Source: an uncultured Spirochaetota bacterium (lineage in GTDB: Bacteria; Spirochaetota; Brevinematia; Brevinematales; JAOACQ01). Taken from it: a DNA stretch of 64,000 bases. The notes under the pieces are model-generated. The model was given only the letters and a program-made list of their open reading frames with translations, was not told the DNA's origin and searched no databases. The stretch is from assembly GCA_963783575.1 (NCBI GenBank), contig CAWAOD010000009.1:544001-608000 (forward strand), given 5' to 3'. Every line of letters starts with the position of its first letter. The stretch's first letter is position 1. Made by a program: the position numbers and the translations under genes. Below, piece after piece: positions 47,467-58,566 of this stretch.

Positions 47467-48700
47467 GCCCCGCGCCCAGATGGATTTGATTTATGCTGAA
47501 ATTCCTCAAATAGAAGTTATTACCGATATCTGCAGGTTTGGGCTGCCCGTTATTTCCCTGATCGTCGGAGTTAAAGGCGGCGGACATAAATGAATAATCC
47601 AGCAATAGTTTCCATTTTTTAAAAATAGTAAAATTAAATAAAATATCTATATACGGTGGACCACTGGAACTGTTTAAGCTAAAGCCGGAAGGCGCTGAAT
47701 TCGCCGTATCCTTAAAATCGAACGAAACACTATTCCAGATTGTAGGAAAAGCGCCTGTAACCATAATATAGTAATCTTTTGTTATATTCAGCTGCAGAGT
47801 AAGAGCAATCAGAAACGCCTGATATGTAACATCGGGAATGTTTATGGAATTGGAGTGATTAGTGCCGTAATCACTATATGAAATTGTAGTATTTGTTTTA
47901 TTCTTAAAATTGGCGTTTTGATAATAAGCGTTTGCTCCCAGGATAATAAGACTTCCGAATAATCCGTAACCAAAACCCCCATATATTGTAGAACTGTATG
48001 ATGGAAGAGTAGTGCCCGTATCTGTTGATCCGCCGAACCCTGCATTCAGGTTCCATTGCCTGTATTTGAACAATAGCTCGGCTATAGCGGACATGGGGTT
48101 GCCTGACAGCTTCATATCATTATCGTAATTATTGCCGTCTGAAGAATTGTATTTAATACGCAACTCAATTTGATTAATACTGATAAAATTTGGAATTATA
48201 CGAATACTGTATGAGGGTTTCAGGCTCTCAAACTCGCTGAGTTTTATTTTGATTGTTTCAATGGTTTTGAGTTCTTTTTTAGGCTTTTCAGGATATTGCT
48301 TTATAAGGTTTGATAAGATTAATCTGGAAACATTATCAATATACCCTGTCAGATTATCTTTTGGGAATACTATTGAGTCTCCCATTAGAACCGGTTTATT
48401 ATCAGCATCATAAAAATTCACGGTATAGAAGCCGTCTTTAAATTCTGTCAGGAGAAGCAGGTTAACATTAAGTTCTTTAATTCCCGTTATTTCAAGATCC
48501 TCTTTATCTCCCGGAAAAATGTATATATTTTTTAAGCCATCCGCCCCACTTAATATACTTTTTTGAAGAATCAGATCAATACTGTAGTTTTCACTGTTCC
48601 TGTCGACCATTATGCCGACTTTTTGAGGTACCAGGTCTTCGCAAAAGGATAGACCGTATATAATGAAGATAAATAGAAGGAGAGCTAATTTGATTTTCAT
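47450..48700 (-). CDS. Hypothetical exported protein, predicted outer-membrane beta-barrel
   Basis: Signal peptide; C-terminal IHLGAGLEYEF; architecture similar to the downstream neighbour. Confidence 0.68.
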   Translation of the reverse strand: MKIKLALLLFIFIIYGLSFCEDLVPQKVGIMVDRNSENYSIDLILQKSILSGADGLKNIYIFPGDKEDLEITGIKELNVNLLLLTEFKDGFYTVNFYDADNKPVLMGDSIVFPKDNLTGYIDNVSRLILSNLIKQYPEKPKKELKTIETIKIKLSEFESLKPSYSIRIIPNFISINQIELRIKYNSSDGNNYDNDMKLSGNPMSAIAELLFKYRQWNLNAGFGGSTDTGTTLPSYSSTIYGGFGYGLFGSLIILGANAYYQNANFKNKTNTTISYSDYGTNHSNSINIPDVTYQAFLIALTLQLNITKDYYIMVTGAFPTIWNSVSFDFKDTANSAPSGFSLNSSSGPPYIDILFNFTIFKKWKLLLDYSFMSAAFNSDDQGNNGQPKPADIGNNFYLRNFSINQIHLGAGLEYEF

Positions 48701-48820
48701 TATTACCTCTTTCTTCTCTATAAAATAACATCTATGTATAAAAGTTTCAAGTTTTTATATTATACAAATAAAAAACGGTATCGATCGATGCCGTTATATT
48801 ATCCAATACCGCTTTTTGTT

Positions 48821-50110
48821 TTATTTTGATTCGACAACCAATCCTTTTATCTTAATTTTTTTTAGTTTTTCCAGCGCTTCTCTGGCTTTCACAGGACTAT
48901 CAAAATAACCTATTCTTACCTTGATCCATCTTTTCCCTTTAACACTGGATTCTGTGGTAAAAACTGTATATCCATTTTTTTTCAGGAGGTCATAAAGTTT
49001 AAGAGCGCTTTCCTCCGATGTAAAGGCACCGGCTTGTATGGCATATTTCACTTCTTTCTTTTCGGGATTTTTATTTAAATTTGTATTAATAAATGTTTCT
49101 CCTTTTAACCCTTTCTCATCGATATTTATTTCGATTTCGTTGGATAATAAAGAATCAGGAGTAACTTCAGATTCGTTAAACAAATCTTTATTTGTCGATT
49201 TGATATTGTTAGATGGAGCGGATGGGGCGGGTATATTAGAAGAAAACTTATTATCTGCCGGTGGTAGCGCGTTAAGTGATGTTAGATCAAGCGGTTCATC
49301 CAGGATAAAGTCTTCTTCATCCTTGATTTTACCTGCATTAAATGCCGTTTTATTGCTATCGCTAAGATCTTTCTCAAGGATTTTTTCTTCATATGGGGGA
49401 ATGGTTTCTATGTTTGTCACGGATATCGGTATCATATTTGTTAAAACTACGGAATTTGTTACATAAACTTCCATAACATTAGTTATAATGATCTTTTTTG
49501 GTTCAGTGCTTGAATCAGTCTTATTCAATGAAACGGAAGCGGAGGGAGTAATAACAGAAGGCGGTGTTACAACCGTTATAGGTGTAACGGCTGCCTTCTG
49601 GTTTATCTGCGGATTAACATCAGGAATTCCTGCGGAAGTGCTTGTCTGTTGATTAGGCGTGTTTGTATTGGAGCCTGCGTTTGCTGTCTCCGGCTTAATA
49701 ATGTTTGTGTCAGTCTGGTTAGAATTCTCAACAACCTTGTTGTCTCCGATTTTTATCAATGTTATTTTGGCATAAACTGTTCCTTTTTTTAGTATGTCAA
49801 GACTTTCTGCGGCTTTTTTAGAGATGTCAAGAATCCTGCTTTCAACAAATGGCCCTCTGTCATTAATTCTTATTCTTATTTTTCTCCCGTTTTCCAGATT
49901 TTCTATATCAAGTATTGTTCCAAAAGGAAGGGTTCGATGAGCGGCTGTCAGATCATCAGGATTATACATTTCCCCGCTTGCCGTCTTTCTACCGGCAAAA
50001 TCATCCCCATACCATGAAACGATCCCGTAAAGATATTTCGGAAATTGAGAATATCCATAATAAACAAAAAATAAACAAAATGCAATTATTAATATGAGGC
50101 CTCTTTTCAT
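48821..50110 (-). CDS. rlpA: Septal ring lytic transglycosylase RlpA with SPOR domain
   Basis: SWYG..FAGRKTASGE, TAAHRTLPFGT, INDRGPF, RILDIS; C-terminal YAIQAGAF...KVRIG. Confidence 0.92.
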   Translation of the reverse strand: MKRGLILIIAFCLFFVYYGYSQFPKYLYGIVSWYGDDFAGRKTASGEMYNPDDLTAAHRTLPFGTILDIENLENGRKIRIRINDRGPFVESRILDISKKAAESLDILKKGTVYAKITLIKIGDNKVVENSNQTDTNIIKPETANAGSNTNTPNQQTSTSAGIPDVNPQINQKAAVTPITVVTPPSVITPSASVSLNKTDSSTEPKKIIITNVMEVYVTNSVVLTNMIPISVTNIETIPPYEEKILEKDLSDSNKTAFNAGKIKDEEDFILDEPLDLTSLNALPPADNKFSSNIPAPSAPSNNIKSTNKDLFNESEVTPDSLLSNEIEINIDEKGLKGETFINTNLNKNPEKKEVKYAIQAGAFTSEESALKLYDLLKKNGYTVFTTESSVKGKRWIKVRIGYFDSPVKAREALEKLKKIKIKGLVVESK

Positions 50111-50340
50111 TTCCATCCTCCGGATACATGTTATATAATAAATTCATGATAGTGAAGTAATGTTTTACAAAATAACAACTTAGAAAAATAATTTTTATTT
50201 TACCTTATTATATCGGAATTAAAAATAATTTATTTATAAATGCAATATCTTCTTTTTGAAATATACTTTAAGATAAGTACTTTGTTGAACCGAAAATATT
50301 AAAGAAAAATCTAAAATACTTTTAATTGATAAAAGGTTTT

Positions 50341-50736
50341 ATGAAAATTATCAAACCGATAATAACGATAATCATATGTCTGATTATTTTTGATCTGGGA
50401 TGTTCAAAAACAGCCGGAAATAATGTCAAACCGGAGCAAAAGATTCAAAAAAAATCTGCTGTATTAAACAATAATAAATCAGGCTCTTCTTCTACCGGGA
50501 TAAAGGAAATAATTAAACAGAATAAAAATGTCGCTATTACTGAAAATAATCCAATTATAGAAAGAGGAAAGGAAATAAGCATAATAAACCCTGAAAGAAT
50601 AATATATAAAAAAAACAGCAACCTTAATCTAATGAAAAAAATAAAATCCTTAACATTAAATCAGTTAATATGGATCCTTATTATTTTAACGGCGGTTTTG
50701 CTGGGAATTATTCAGATAATCTCTTACAGAAAATAA
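50341..50736 (+). CDS. Hypothetical lipoprotein-like protein with C-terminal TM helix
   Basis: MKIIKPII...DLGC lipobox-like; C-terminal hydrophobic helix. Confidence 0.55.
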   Translation: MKIIKPIITIIICLIIFDLGCSKTAGNNVKPEQKIQKKSAVLNNNKSGSSSTGIKEIIKQNKNVAITENNPIIERGKEISIINPERIIYKKNSNLNLMKKIKSLTLNQLIWILIILTAVLLGIIQIISYRK

Positions 50737-50761
50737 TTTTCTTTTAATTTTGTCGCTAAAT

Positions 50762-51745
50762 TCACCAGAGCTGGTGAACATCACTCCTGATATACCGGTC
50801 ATAAATATCCGATGCTTTCCTCATAACTTCCGTACTTAAAACAGGCATTTTTTCAGCCGCAAGATTATCATTAACCTGTGCCGGCCTTTTTGCACCTGGA
50901 ATAGCGCAGGTAATTTCCGGAAACATAAGAATCCACCTGAGCGCAAATTGCGCCATTGTAAATCCTGACGGAATTAATTTCTTTAATTCTTCAACAGTTT
51001 GAAGGCCTTTTTCAAAATCCACTCCTGAAAAGGTTTCACCGCGGTCAAAAGCTTCGCCATGACGGTTGAAATTCCTGTGATCGTCCGCTGAAAAACCTGT
51101 ATCGCTGTTCATTTTGCCTGTTAATAATCCGCTGGCAAGGGGAACGCGGGCGATAATCCCGACATTTTTCTTTCTGCATTCGTTAAAAAACAATTCGGCC
51201 GGACGACGCCGGAAAAGATTGAAAATTATCTGAACGCTTTGTACACCCGGGTATTCTATGGCTTTCAAACCCTCCTCAACCTTCTCAACGCTGACTCCAT
51301 AATGTTTTATTTTCCCTTGTTTTACCAGATCGTCCAGAATTTCAAAAACTTCAGGCCGGTAATAAACTTCAGTTGGCGGGCAGTGCAGTTGAACAAGATC
51401 GAGCGAATCCGTATCAAGATTTTTAAGGCTTCTTTCAATAAAAGAAGTCAGATTTTTCCTGTTATAACCTTCGGAATTATGGGGATTAAGCCTTCGGCCG
51501 GCTTTTGTCGCCACAATAAGATTCTCTTTTCTTTCTTTTAGAATTTTTGCAATCAATTTTTCACTGTGTCCGTCGCCATAAACATCGGCGGTATCAATAA
51601 AATTTACCCCGAGGTCAATCGCGCACCGCAACGCGTCAAGCGACTCATCATCTTTGACTTCCCCCCAGGCGCTTCCTATTGCCCAAGCCCCAAAACTTAT
51701 CTCGCTGATCTTCCACCCCGTTTTTCCCAACTCTCGATAATTCAT
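50762..51745 (-). CDS. Aldo/keto reductase
   Basis: FIDTADVYGDGHSE, VATK, LVQLHCP, GVSVE, PLASGLLTGK, IPGAK. Confidence 0.95.
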   Translation of the reverse strand: MNYRELGKTGWKISEISFGAWAIGSAWGEVKDDESLDALRCAIDLGVNFIDTADVYGDGHSEKLIAKILKERKENLIVATKAGRRLNPHNSEGYNRKNLTSFIERSLKNLDTDSLDLVQLHCPPTEVYYRPEVFEILDDLVKQGKIKHYGVSVEKVEEGLKAIEYPGVQSVQIIFNLFRRRPAELFFNECRKKNVGIIARVPLASGLLTGKMNSDTGFSADDHRNFNRHGEAFDRGETFSGVDFEKGLQTVEELKKLIPSGFTMAQFALRWILMFPEITCAIPGAKRPAQVNDNLAAEKMPVLSTEVMRKASDIYDRYIRSDVHQLW

Positions 51746-51774
51746 TTTTCCCTCCGTTTTTTAAATAATTGCAA

Positions 51775-53150
51775 TCACTCGTTTTTCATCGACAAAGGCT
51801 GGCCGGTTGATTCAAGGATGGAATGCCAGAGCTGGGCTCCAAGATCGATTGTTTTTCTTTTACTGGTTGCAAGTTCCATCGGTATATGTGTGAATTGCCC
51901 GTTGAAGTAGCCCACTAACAGCCCCGTCCTGCCTGACATTCCGGCATATACGGCCATTTCTGCAAGTTGTGAACAAAATATTGAATCGTTCGGGGTAGGT
52001 TCACGGCTCCTGATGCTGTAACTGGGGTCCAGATACTTTAATGCTACCGGCATTTCCCTTTTAGCAAAGTATTCCTTTATCCTGTCCTTCAGATATAGCC
52101 CGATATTTCCTAACTTTAAATTTCCCGAAGCGTCATACCTTAGATTATCAGGATCGCTAACATATTTCTGCCCTGCGCCTTCAGCTATAACGATTACTGC
52201 ATGCTTTCTTCTTTGCAGCCTTCTTTCAAGGTGTTTAAGCAGGCCGTTTTCACCATCCATATCGAAATCAAGCTCAGGAACAAGGAGAAAATTAACCTCA
52301 TTGGTTGCAAGAGTAGCGTTCGCAGCTATAAAACCGGATTCCCTGCCCATAACATTTACAATGCCAACACCGTTAACTGATGCCAGTGCTTCCGTATGCG
52401 CGGAATATATCGATTTACAGGCTTCCGAAAATGCGGTTTCCATACCGAAAGATTTGTCGATATAATTTATATCGTTGTCTATGGTTTTAGGAATACCGAT
52501 AACAGAAATCTTCAATCCTCTTTTCAGAATTTCATTATTAACGGCAAGCGCTCCCCGCAAAGTACCGTCGCCGCCGATTGTATAAAGGACTTTAACATTC
52601 AATTCAACAAGCCTGTCTACTATCTTTACAATACTCTGTTCCCCACGTGAGGAACCAAGGATTGTTCCGCCCTGGGTCTGTATCCCTTCAACTATTTCAG
52701 GCGTTAAAAGCTGGACTTCATAATTATTTTCTTTGATAAAACCGGCGTATCCGTATTTGATGCCGAATGTTATCTGATTGTTATAACGGTAGTAATTCAT
52801 CATCACAAGGCCCCGTATCACGGAATTGAGCCCGGGCACAAACCGCCGCAGGTTACAATCGCCGAAACTGTAAAGCCCGGTTCAAAATAAAGCTTGTTCC
52901 TTTCCCCGGCTTTTTCAAATGACGGAACAGGGATTTTATTTTTAATAAAACAATCTACTTTGGTTTTATCGATTATTGCCAGCACCCTTTCGTCATCGGG
53001 TACATACCTGATTCTATCATCTTTTTTATTTAAGGAGAATTTAGATGTTGTATCATATATGCAATCCCCAAGACGCCGGATTGAAAGATCAAAATCAATC
53101 AACTCCATTTGATCTTCGGAAAGGATAAAATCAATTTTTGTTTTCGGCAT
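51775..53150 (-). CDS. pfk: ATP-dependent 6-phosphofructokinase, frameshifted near 52833 (missing G)
   Basis: IVTCGGLCPG|LNSVIR, GGTILGSSRG, IGGDGT, PKTIDND, MGRESGFIA, DPSYSIRS. Confidence 0.9.
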
Positions 53151-53360
53151 ATGTATCTCCAGTATTAATATAATAGAATGTTAATTATAATCAAAATGTC
53201 TGTATTCGGCAAATTATGATTATAACACTATATTACGGGGAGGAGTGTACATTCAAGTCTTGGAGAGCCAGTATTTTTACGATTACTTTCCCGGATTTGA
53301 CTTAAATTAAACTATTAATTAAAATTAATATCTTTTTTTCTTTAAGGGTTGTGAGGATAA

Positions 53361-55055
53361 ATGGAACAGGATAAAGTGATCATTGTCCAGGCTGATAAAA
53401 CGCTTCTTCTTGATACGCATCACCCTCAGTTTGAAAATGTAAGGAAAAAAATCATTAGTTTTTCCGAACTTATTAAAACACCGGAACACATTCACTTCTA
53501 CCGCATTACTCCAATATCATTGTGGAATTCCGCAGCAAATGGAGTTCCTCTGGAAGAAATCTTATCCATCCTTGATAAATATAAAAAATATGAAATACCA
53601 AAAAATGTTTTTGAATATATAAAGCGGCATTATTCCATTTATGGGAAAGTCCTTTTTGAAAGCGGCGATCAGGGTAAAATGATTATTCGTGTACTTGATG
53701 ATAAACTTCTTGAAAAAGTCAGGTCGTTAACAGAAAAATATATCGAATATGCGGATAATGAATTTCTTGTCGTAGATAAAAAGTTGAGAGGCCAGATTAA
53801 AAGCGACCTGATCAAACATCTGATTCCAGTTAAGGATATTGCAGGTTTTGACAGCGGTAATACAATGGAATTTTCAATCAAGAAGATTACACTTGATGAA
53901 AAAGAATTTGCATTAAGATATTATCAGTCCGAATCGGTTTATAGCTTCTCAAAATGGAAAGAAGGAAGCGGCGTAATTGTACTTCCATGCGGAGCGGGCA
54001 AAACTATTGTCGGAATCGGGATTATGCATGATATTAAGGAATATACCCTAATAATTACTACAAGTGTTGAGGCAATCAGGCAATGGAAAAGGGAGATTCT
54101 TGACAAAACAACTCTTAATCCGGATGATATCGGGGAATATACGGCACAAAAAAAAGAAATTAAGCCGATCACAATTACCACTTACAATATGCTTATACAT
54201 AAAAATAATAAAAGTGAAGAAATGCGGAATATCAATATTTTCACGGATCAGAACTGGGGGTTGATTATTTATGACGAAGTTCATATTTTACCCGCCCCCA
54301 TTTTTCGAATGACAACATTCATACAAAGCAAACGCCGGCTTGGATTAACAGCGACCCTTGTCAGGGAAGACAACCTGGAAAGCGAGGTCTTTACTTTAAT
54401 CGGTCCGAAGATATATGAATACTCATGGAAGGCTCTTGAAAAAGAGGGGTGGATTGCCCAGGCTATCTGTTTTGAAATAGAAATACCGTTGAGTAAGGAA
54501 GATGATTTATTATATCTTAATGCCGGTCAGAGGATGAAATTCAGGATTTCTTCAGAAAATATTAATAAATTAAAGGTTATTAAAAACCTTCTACAGAAAT
54601 ATCGAAATCATCATGTACTGGTTATCGGGCATTATATCAGCCAGCTTGAAGAAATATCAAAATTATTCGGTATTCCGCTTATTACGGGAGAAACGCCCAA
54701 TCAAGACCGTGAAGTTATGTATCATGATTTCAGGAAAGGTCTGATCGGGGCTCTGGCAATATCACGGGTGGGCAATTTTTCAATTGATTTGCCGGTTGCT
54801 GATGTTGCTATTCAGGTTTCTGGAATATTCGGTTCCAGGCAGGAGGAAGCTCAGAGACTTGGACGAATTTTAAGGCCTCAGATCGGGAAATCCTATTTTT
54901 ATACACTGGTTTCTAAAGACACAATTGAGGAGGAATTTGCAAGGAAAAGACAGATGTTTTTACTGGAACAGGGATACCAGTACACAATAATCGATTGTTC
55001 TGATAAAAACGGTTCGCAGGAAATTACTGAAGTTATTGCGGATAATGTGGTTTAG
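53361..55055 (+). CDS. XPB/Rad25 (ERCC3-like) SF2 DNA helicase
   Basis: KTPEHIHFYRITPISLWN, LPCGAGKT, DEVH, GLTATLVRED, GSRQEEAQRLGRILRP. Confidence 0.93.
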   Translation: MEQDKVIIVQADKTLLLDTHHPQFENVRKKIISFSELIKTPEHIHFYRITPISLWNSAANGVPLEEILSILDKYKKYEIPKNVFEYIKRHYSIYGKVLFESGDQGKMIIRVLDDKLLEKVRSLTEKYIEYADNEFLVVDKKLRGQIKSDLIKHLIPVKDIAGFDSGNTMEFSIKKITLDEKEFALRYYQSESVYSFSKWKEGSGVIVLPCGAGKTIVGIGIMHDIKEYTLIITTSVEAIRQWKREILDKTTLNPDDIGEYTAQKKEIKPITITTYNMLIHKNNKSEEMRNINIFTDQNWGLIIYDEVHILPAPIFRMTTFIQSKRRLGLTATLVREDNLESEVFTLIGPKIYEYSWKALEKEGWIAQAICFEIEIPLSKEDDLLYLNAGQRMKFRISSENINKLKVIKNLLQKYRNHHVLVIGHYISQLEEISKLFGIPLITGETPNQDREVMYHDFRKGLIGALAISRVGNFSIDLPVADVAIQVSGIFGSRQEEAQRLGRILRPQIGKSYFYTLVSKDTIEEEFARKRQMFLLEQGYQYTIIDCSDKNGSQEITEVIADNVV

Positions 55056-55078
55056 CGTTTATTTTACAGGGGGAAATT

Positions 55079-56820
55079 ATGCTTGAAGGCAGAGAAGCGA
55101 GCAGTTTGAACAGCAAAACTGTTATGGACTGGATGATTAAGGAAGAACCGAAACTGGTTAAAATGATTTATGATTATTTTTTTAATATTAACTCCGAGTT
55201 ATCTTTTGACAGTGAAGAAAACACGAAACGTCTTGAAAAAGTAAGGAATTATTTCGAGAAAAATTCCGAGATTATTTATAGTTCTTTAAATAAAAATGAA
55301 AAGCTTTTACTTTATATTATGAAAAACGGATTCGGCTGGATTGTCTATGAAAATATCGAATCGACGCTAAGAATCATATCAAAAATTTTTCACTTTGATT
55401 ATAATGATTTGTCTCAGGCGGTAGATTCGCTTTTTAAAAAGTTTCTGATTTTCAAGTATGAACGTATCAAAAGATACAGCTTTTTCTTTTCCCCACCATT
55501 TTTCTTAAAAAGTATCAACAAATTTACATGAGTTCCGCAGAAATATTTGACGAGAATTATGATTTTTTTGAAGAACCGGTCGATCTCCTATCCAAGGATT
55601 ATATACCGCTTATCGCAGGTCTGATTTCATATGTGGTCACTTATTCGCCGAGAAGCTCCGAAAATAATGAAATTCATAAAATAGATCTCACAAAAATGCT
55701 TGATTTCTTTTCGGATTTTACAGAAAGAGATTATCTTGAACAAATAATAAAAAAATTGACCAGATTCGGTTTTTTTCATAAATTCAATAACAGGATTATA
55801 ATTAATAAATCTTTATTCGACGCGATTTTAAATTTATCCATCAACGAACAGCTTTTTGTCCTGTTTTTATATGATTTTATGGATAAGTTTGATTTCCGGA
55901 AAAGCGCTTTTATGACATTAAAAATTCTTGCCGTAAGATCAAACAATCACATGAAATGTGTTCCGCTAAGGGAATTGTTTTTTTATTATTTAAATAATGA
56001 AATCTATATATCTTTAAAAAATGACGCGAAAAATTTGAAACTTCTTATTCAACAGGAAGAATTAAAATTCATATTTTTTGTTAAAAACCTTGAGGCTGAA
56101 AATATTGTTATGTTAAAAAGAAAAGACCCGGAAAAAATTTCAATAGCTTCCGACTATGCTATCATAAATGAACCGCATGCATCTCTCTTAAACAATGTAA
56201 ATTTTGAAAACAGGTTTACCGAAGATAAATTTGTTGTAGAAGCAAACTTCGAGGTTATTGTTGACCCTTACACAAGACCTGACATACTGTTCAAATTATC
56301 GCTCATTACGGAACCGCTTACAATCCAAACGATATCGATTTTTAAAATCACAAAGGAATCAATTTACCGTTCTCTGGCTTATGGAATTAAAAAAGAGGAA
56401 GTTCTTGAATTTTTGGTTCAAAATTCAAGACACCCGATTCCGAATAATGTTGCTGAAGCGATCAGGAGTTTTGTCAATAATTTGTCAATGGAAAAGATCG
56501 ACTATTATAAAATAATACAGATAAGCGCGCATTTTTCTTTTATAATTAAGGATAACTTTAAAAATCAGGTAATAGAAGTTGAACCTCATACATTCCTGGT
56601 CTTTAACTCCGATGTATTGAAAAGAATTGAAGAATTCTGTAAAGCTCAGCGTATAATAATCAAATATGTGAATGATTTCCTTAGCGATAAATACGGTATT
56701 TCACTCCTCCCAAATTCTCTTGCGCATAATATCAAACATCTTCATACTATGAAGGATTTTTTTGATTTTTATGGAAGCGAACCGGTAGGTGTAAATTTAA
56801 AGATTGATAATGGTTTTTAA
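55079..56820 (+). CDS. XPB-associated protein with Helicase_C_3-like domain, frameshifted near 55520
   Basis: FVVEANFEVIV...FKITKESIYRSLAYG...FLVQNSRHPIPNNV. Adding one A at caaattt joins ORFs 55079-55531 and 55528-56820. Confidence 0.75.
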
Positions 56821-56941
56821 TTAAATATTTTATTAACAAAGTTGTTTTTTGTATTTAAGTTCATTATAATCATGTTCAAGTCTATAAAATAATATATAGA
56901 AATCATAAGTAAGGATTATTTCCCGCGAGGAGGATTATCTT

Positions 56942-57409
56942 ATGAAATTAGTCGAGTTATTAAAGGTGGAATTTGTAGAAATCGGTTTAAATGGGAAATC
57001 AAAAGATGAAATATTGCAGAATATTGCCGGTTTTATATCAAAAGCTCATCCAACGATAGATAAAAAAGATGCTCATAAAGCAATTGCCGATAGAGAGAAA
57101 AAAGGATCGACAGGTCTTGGTAATGGCCTGGCTATTCCGCATGGCAGAAGCCCGAAAGTTGACGGTATGCATCTTGTTGTTATTTATGACCGTGACGGCA
57201 AAGACTTTGAGGCTTATGACAAAAAGCCTTCGCATATGTTTTTTGCAGCGATTACATCCGATGATTATAGTCCTCATGAACAGCTTGAAGTTCTCAGGAT
57301 CATTGCAGAAATTTATGAAAAAACAGATATAAGTTCAAGTGTTCAAAATGTAAAAACACCAGAAGAACTGTTTGAGCTTCTTCTAAAAAAGGAAGAAGAG
57401 ATTTCCTGA
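56942..57409 (+). CDS. PTS EIIA (PtsN/fructose-type) domain protein
   Basis: REKKGSTGLGNGLAIPHGR phospho-His motif. Confidence 0.9.
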   Translation: MKLVELLKVEFVEIGLNGKSKDEILQNIAGFISKAHPTIDKKDAHKAIADREKKGSTGLGNGLAIPHGRSPKVDGMHLVVIYDRDGKDFEAYDKKPSHMFFAAITSDDYSPHEQLEVLRIIAEIYEKTDISSSVQNVKTPEELFELLLKKEEEIS

Positions 57410-57456
57410 TGAAACAAATTTAAAAGGAATAAAATTCCTATAATTTGGTAAATAAA

Positions 57457-58140
57457 ATGGCTGTTAAAAAAAAACGGAAAAAAAGCGGAAAGTTCACTCC
57501 TTTGATATGGATTGTCACTGGGGCATTGATCGCTTTTTTTATATCGTATTCAGGCAATCTGGCAAAGATAAATATTTTGCAGAAATCGAAGAATAGCCCA
57601 TCCGATTCCACAAATATTTCGCCGCTGGATTTTCTCTTCAAATCAAAAAAATCCGCATCATTAATTTTGACAAATCAAAACACTAATACCGAAAAAGAAG
57701 AGCAGCTATCTGCAATCCCTTCAGCCGTTAAGATTTTTCTGGCTTCCCAGAACGGGAATGAAATCAATCTTGTTGAGAAAACCGTCAATATTACAAAGGG
57801 ACCTGCACAGCTCAAAGATACTTTGGAGTCTCTTATCAATTACAGGGAGGATCCTCTTTTAAACCTTGTTCCTTTAAACACAAAAATCAGAAAAGTCTGG
57901 ATAAAAAATGATGTGGCTTACATTGACTTCAGTGAGGATTTTTCCTATAACTCTTATGGTATAATCGGCTATAAAATTCAGATCTATCAGGTTGTTTATA
58001 CGGCCACACAATTTCCCCAGGTGAAAGCGGTTTATTTTTATATGGAAGGTAAGCCTGTGGAATACCTCGGTGGAGACGGCTACATCATTCATAACCCTAT
58101 CTATCCATATTCCTCGCTCCCGAAATTTTCTATGCAATAG
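57457..58140 (+). CDS. GerMN domain membrane protein
   Basis: N-terminal TM; VPLNTKIR...AYIDFSEDF...QVVYTATQFPQVKAV...EG. Confidence 0.88.
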   Translation: MAVKKKRKKSGKFTPLIWIVTGALIAFFISYSGNLAKINILQKSKNSPSDSTNISPLDFLFKSKKSASLILTNQNTNTEKEEQLSAIPSAVKIFLASQNGNEINLVEKTVNITKGPAQLKDTLESLINYREDPLLNLVPLNTKIRKVWIKNDVAYIDFSEDFSYNSYGIIGYKIQIYQVVYTATQFPQVKAVYFYMEGKPVEYLGGDGYIIHNPIYPYSSLPKFSMQ

Positions 58141-58566
58141 ATTATCAACACTTTTCAAATTCCAACCTTAGCTCAGGACATTACCTTTTCATCAATTTAA
58201 TTCATGGCGATAAAAGCAAAGACAACGGAAAACAATTTTTTAAATAACAGCTATGAAAATTTTTAATCGTAAATTATTCTCTTATAATAATGATATTTTA
58301 TATTTTTAAAAATATTTTGTCATCGGGGTAAATATTTAGTTTAGAAAAATATTTAATATGAAGGGCGTTATAACATTGATTTCAGACATACGATTATTGG
58401 ATTCAAGTATTGATTTCATCAGGAAATTTTTCAAAATCTGTATATCATAAAAATATTTATAAAGTATTTGCCAAAGAAATTCATCTGTTTTATAATTAAA
58501 GTTTGGATGAATATGAAAGAAGCTGTTATTACGGTTTTATTCATTGATTGATTTTGGAGGTCTTGC

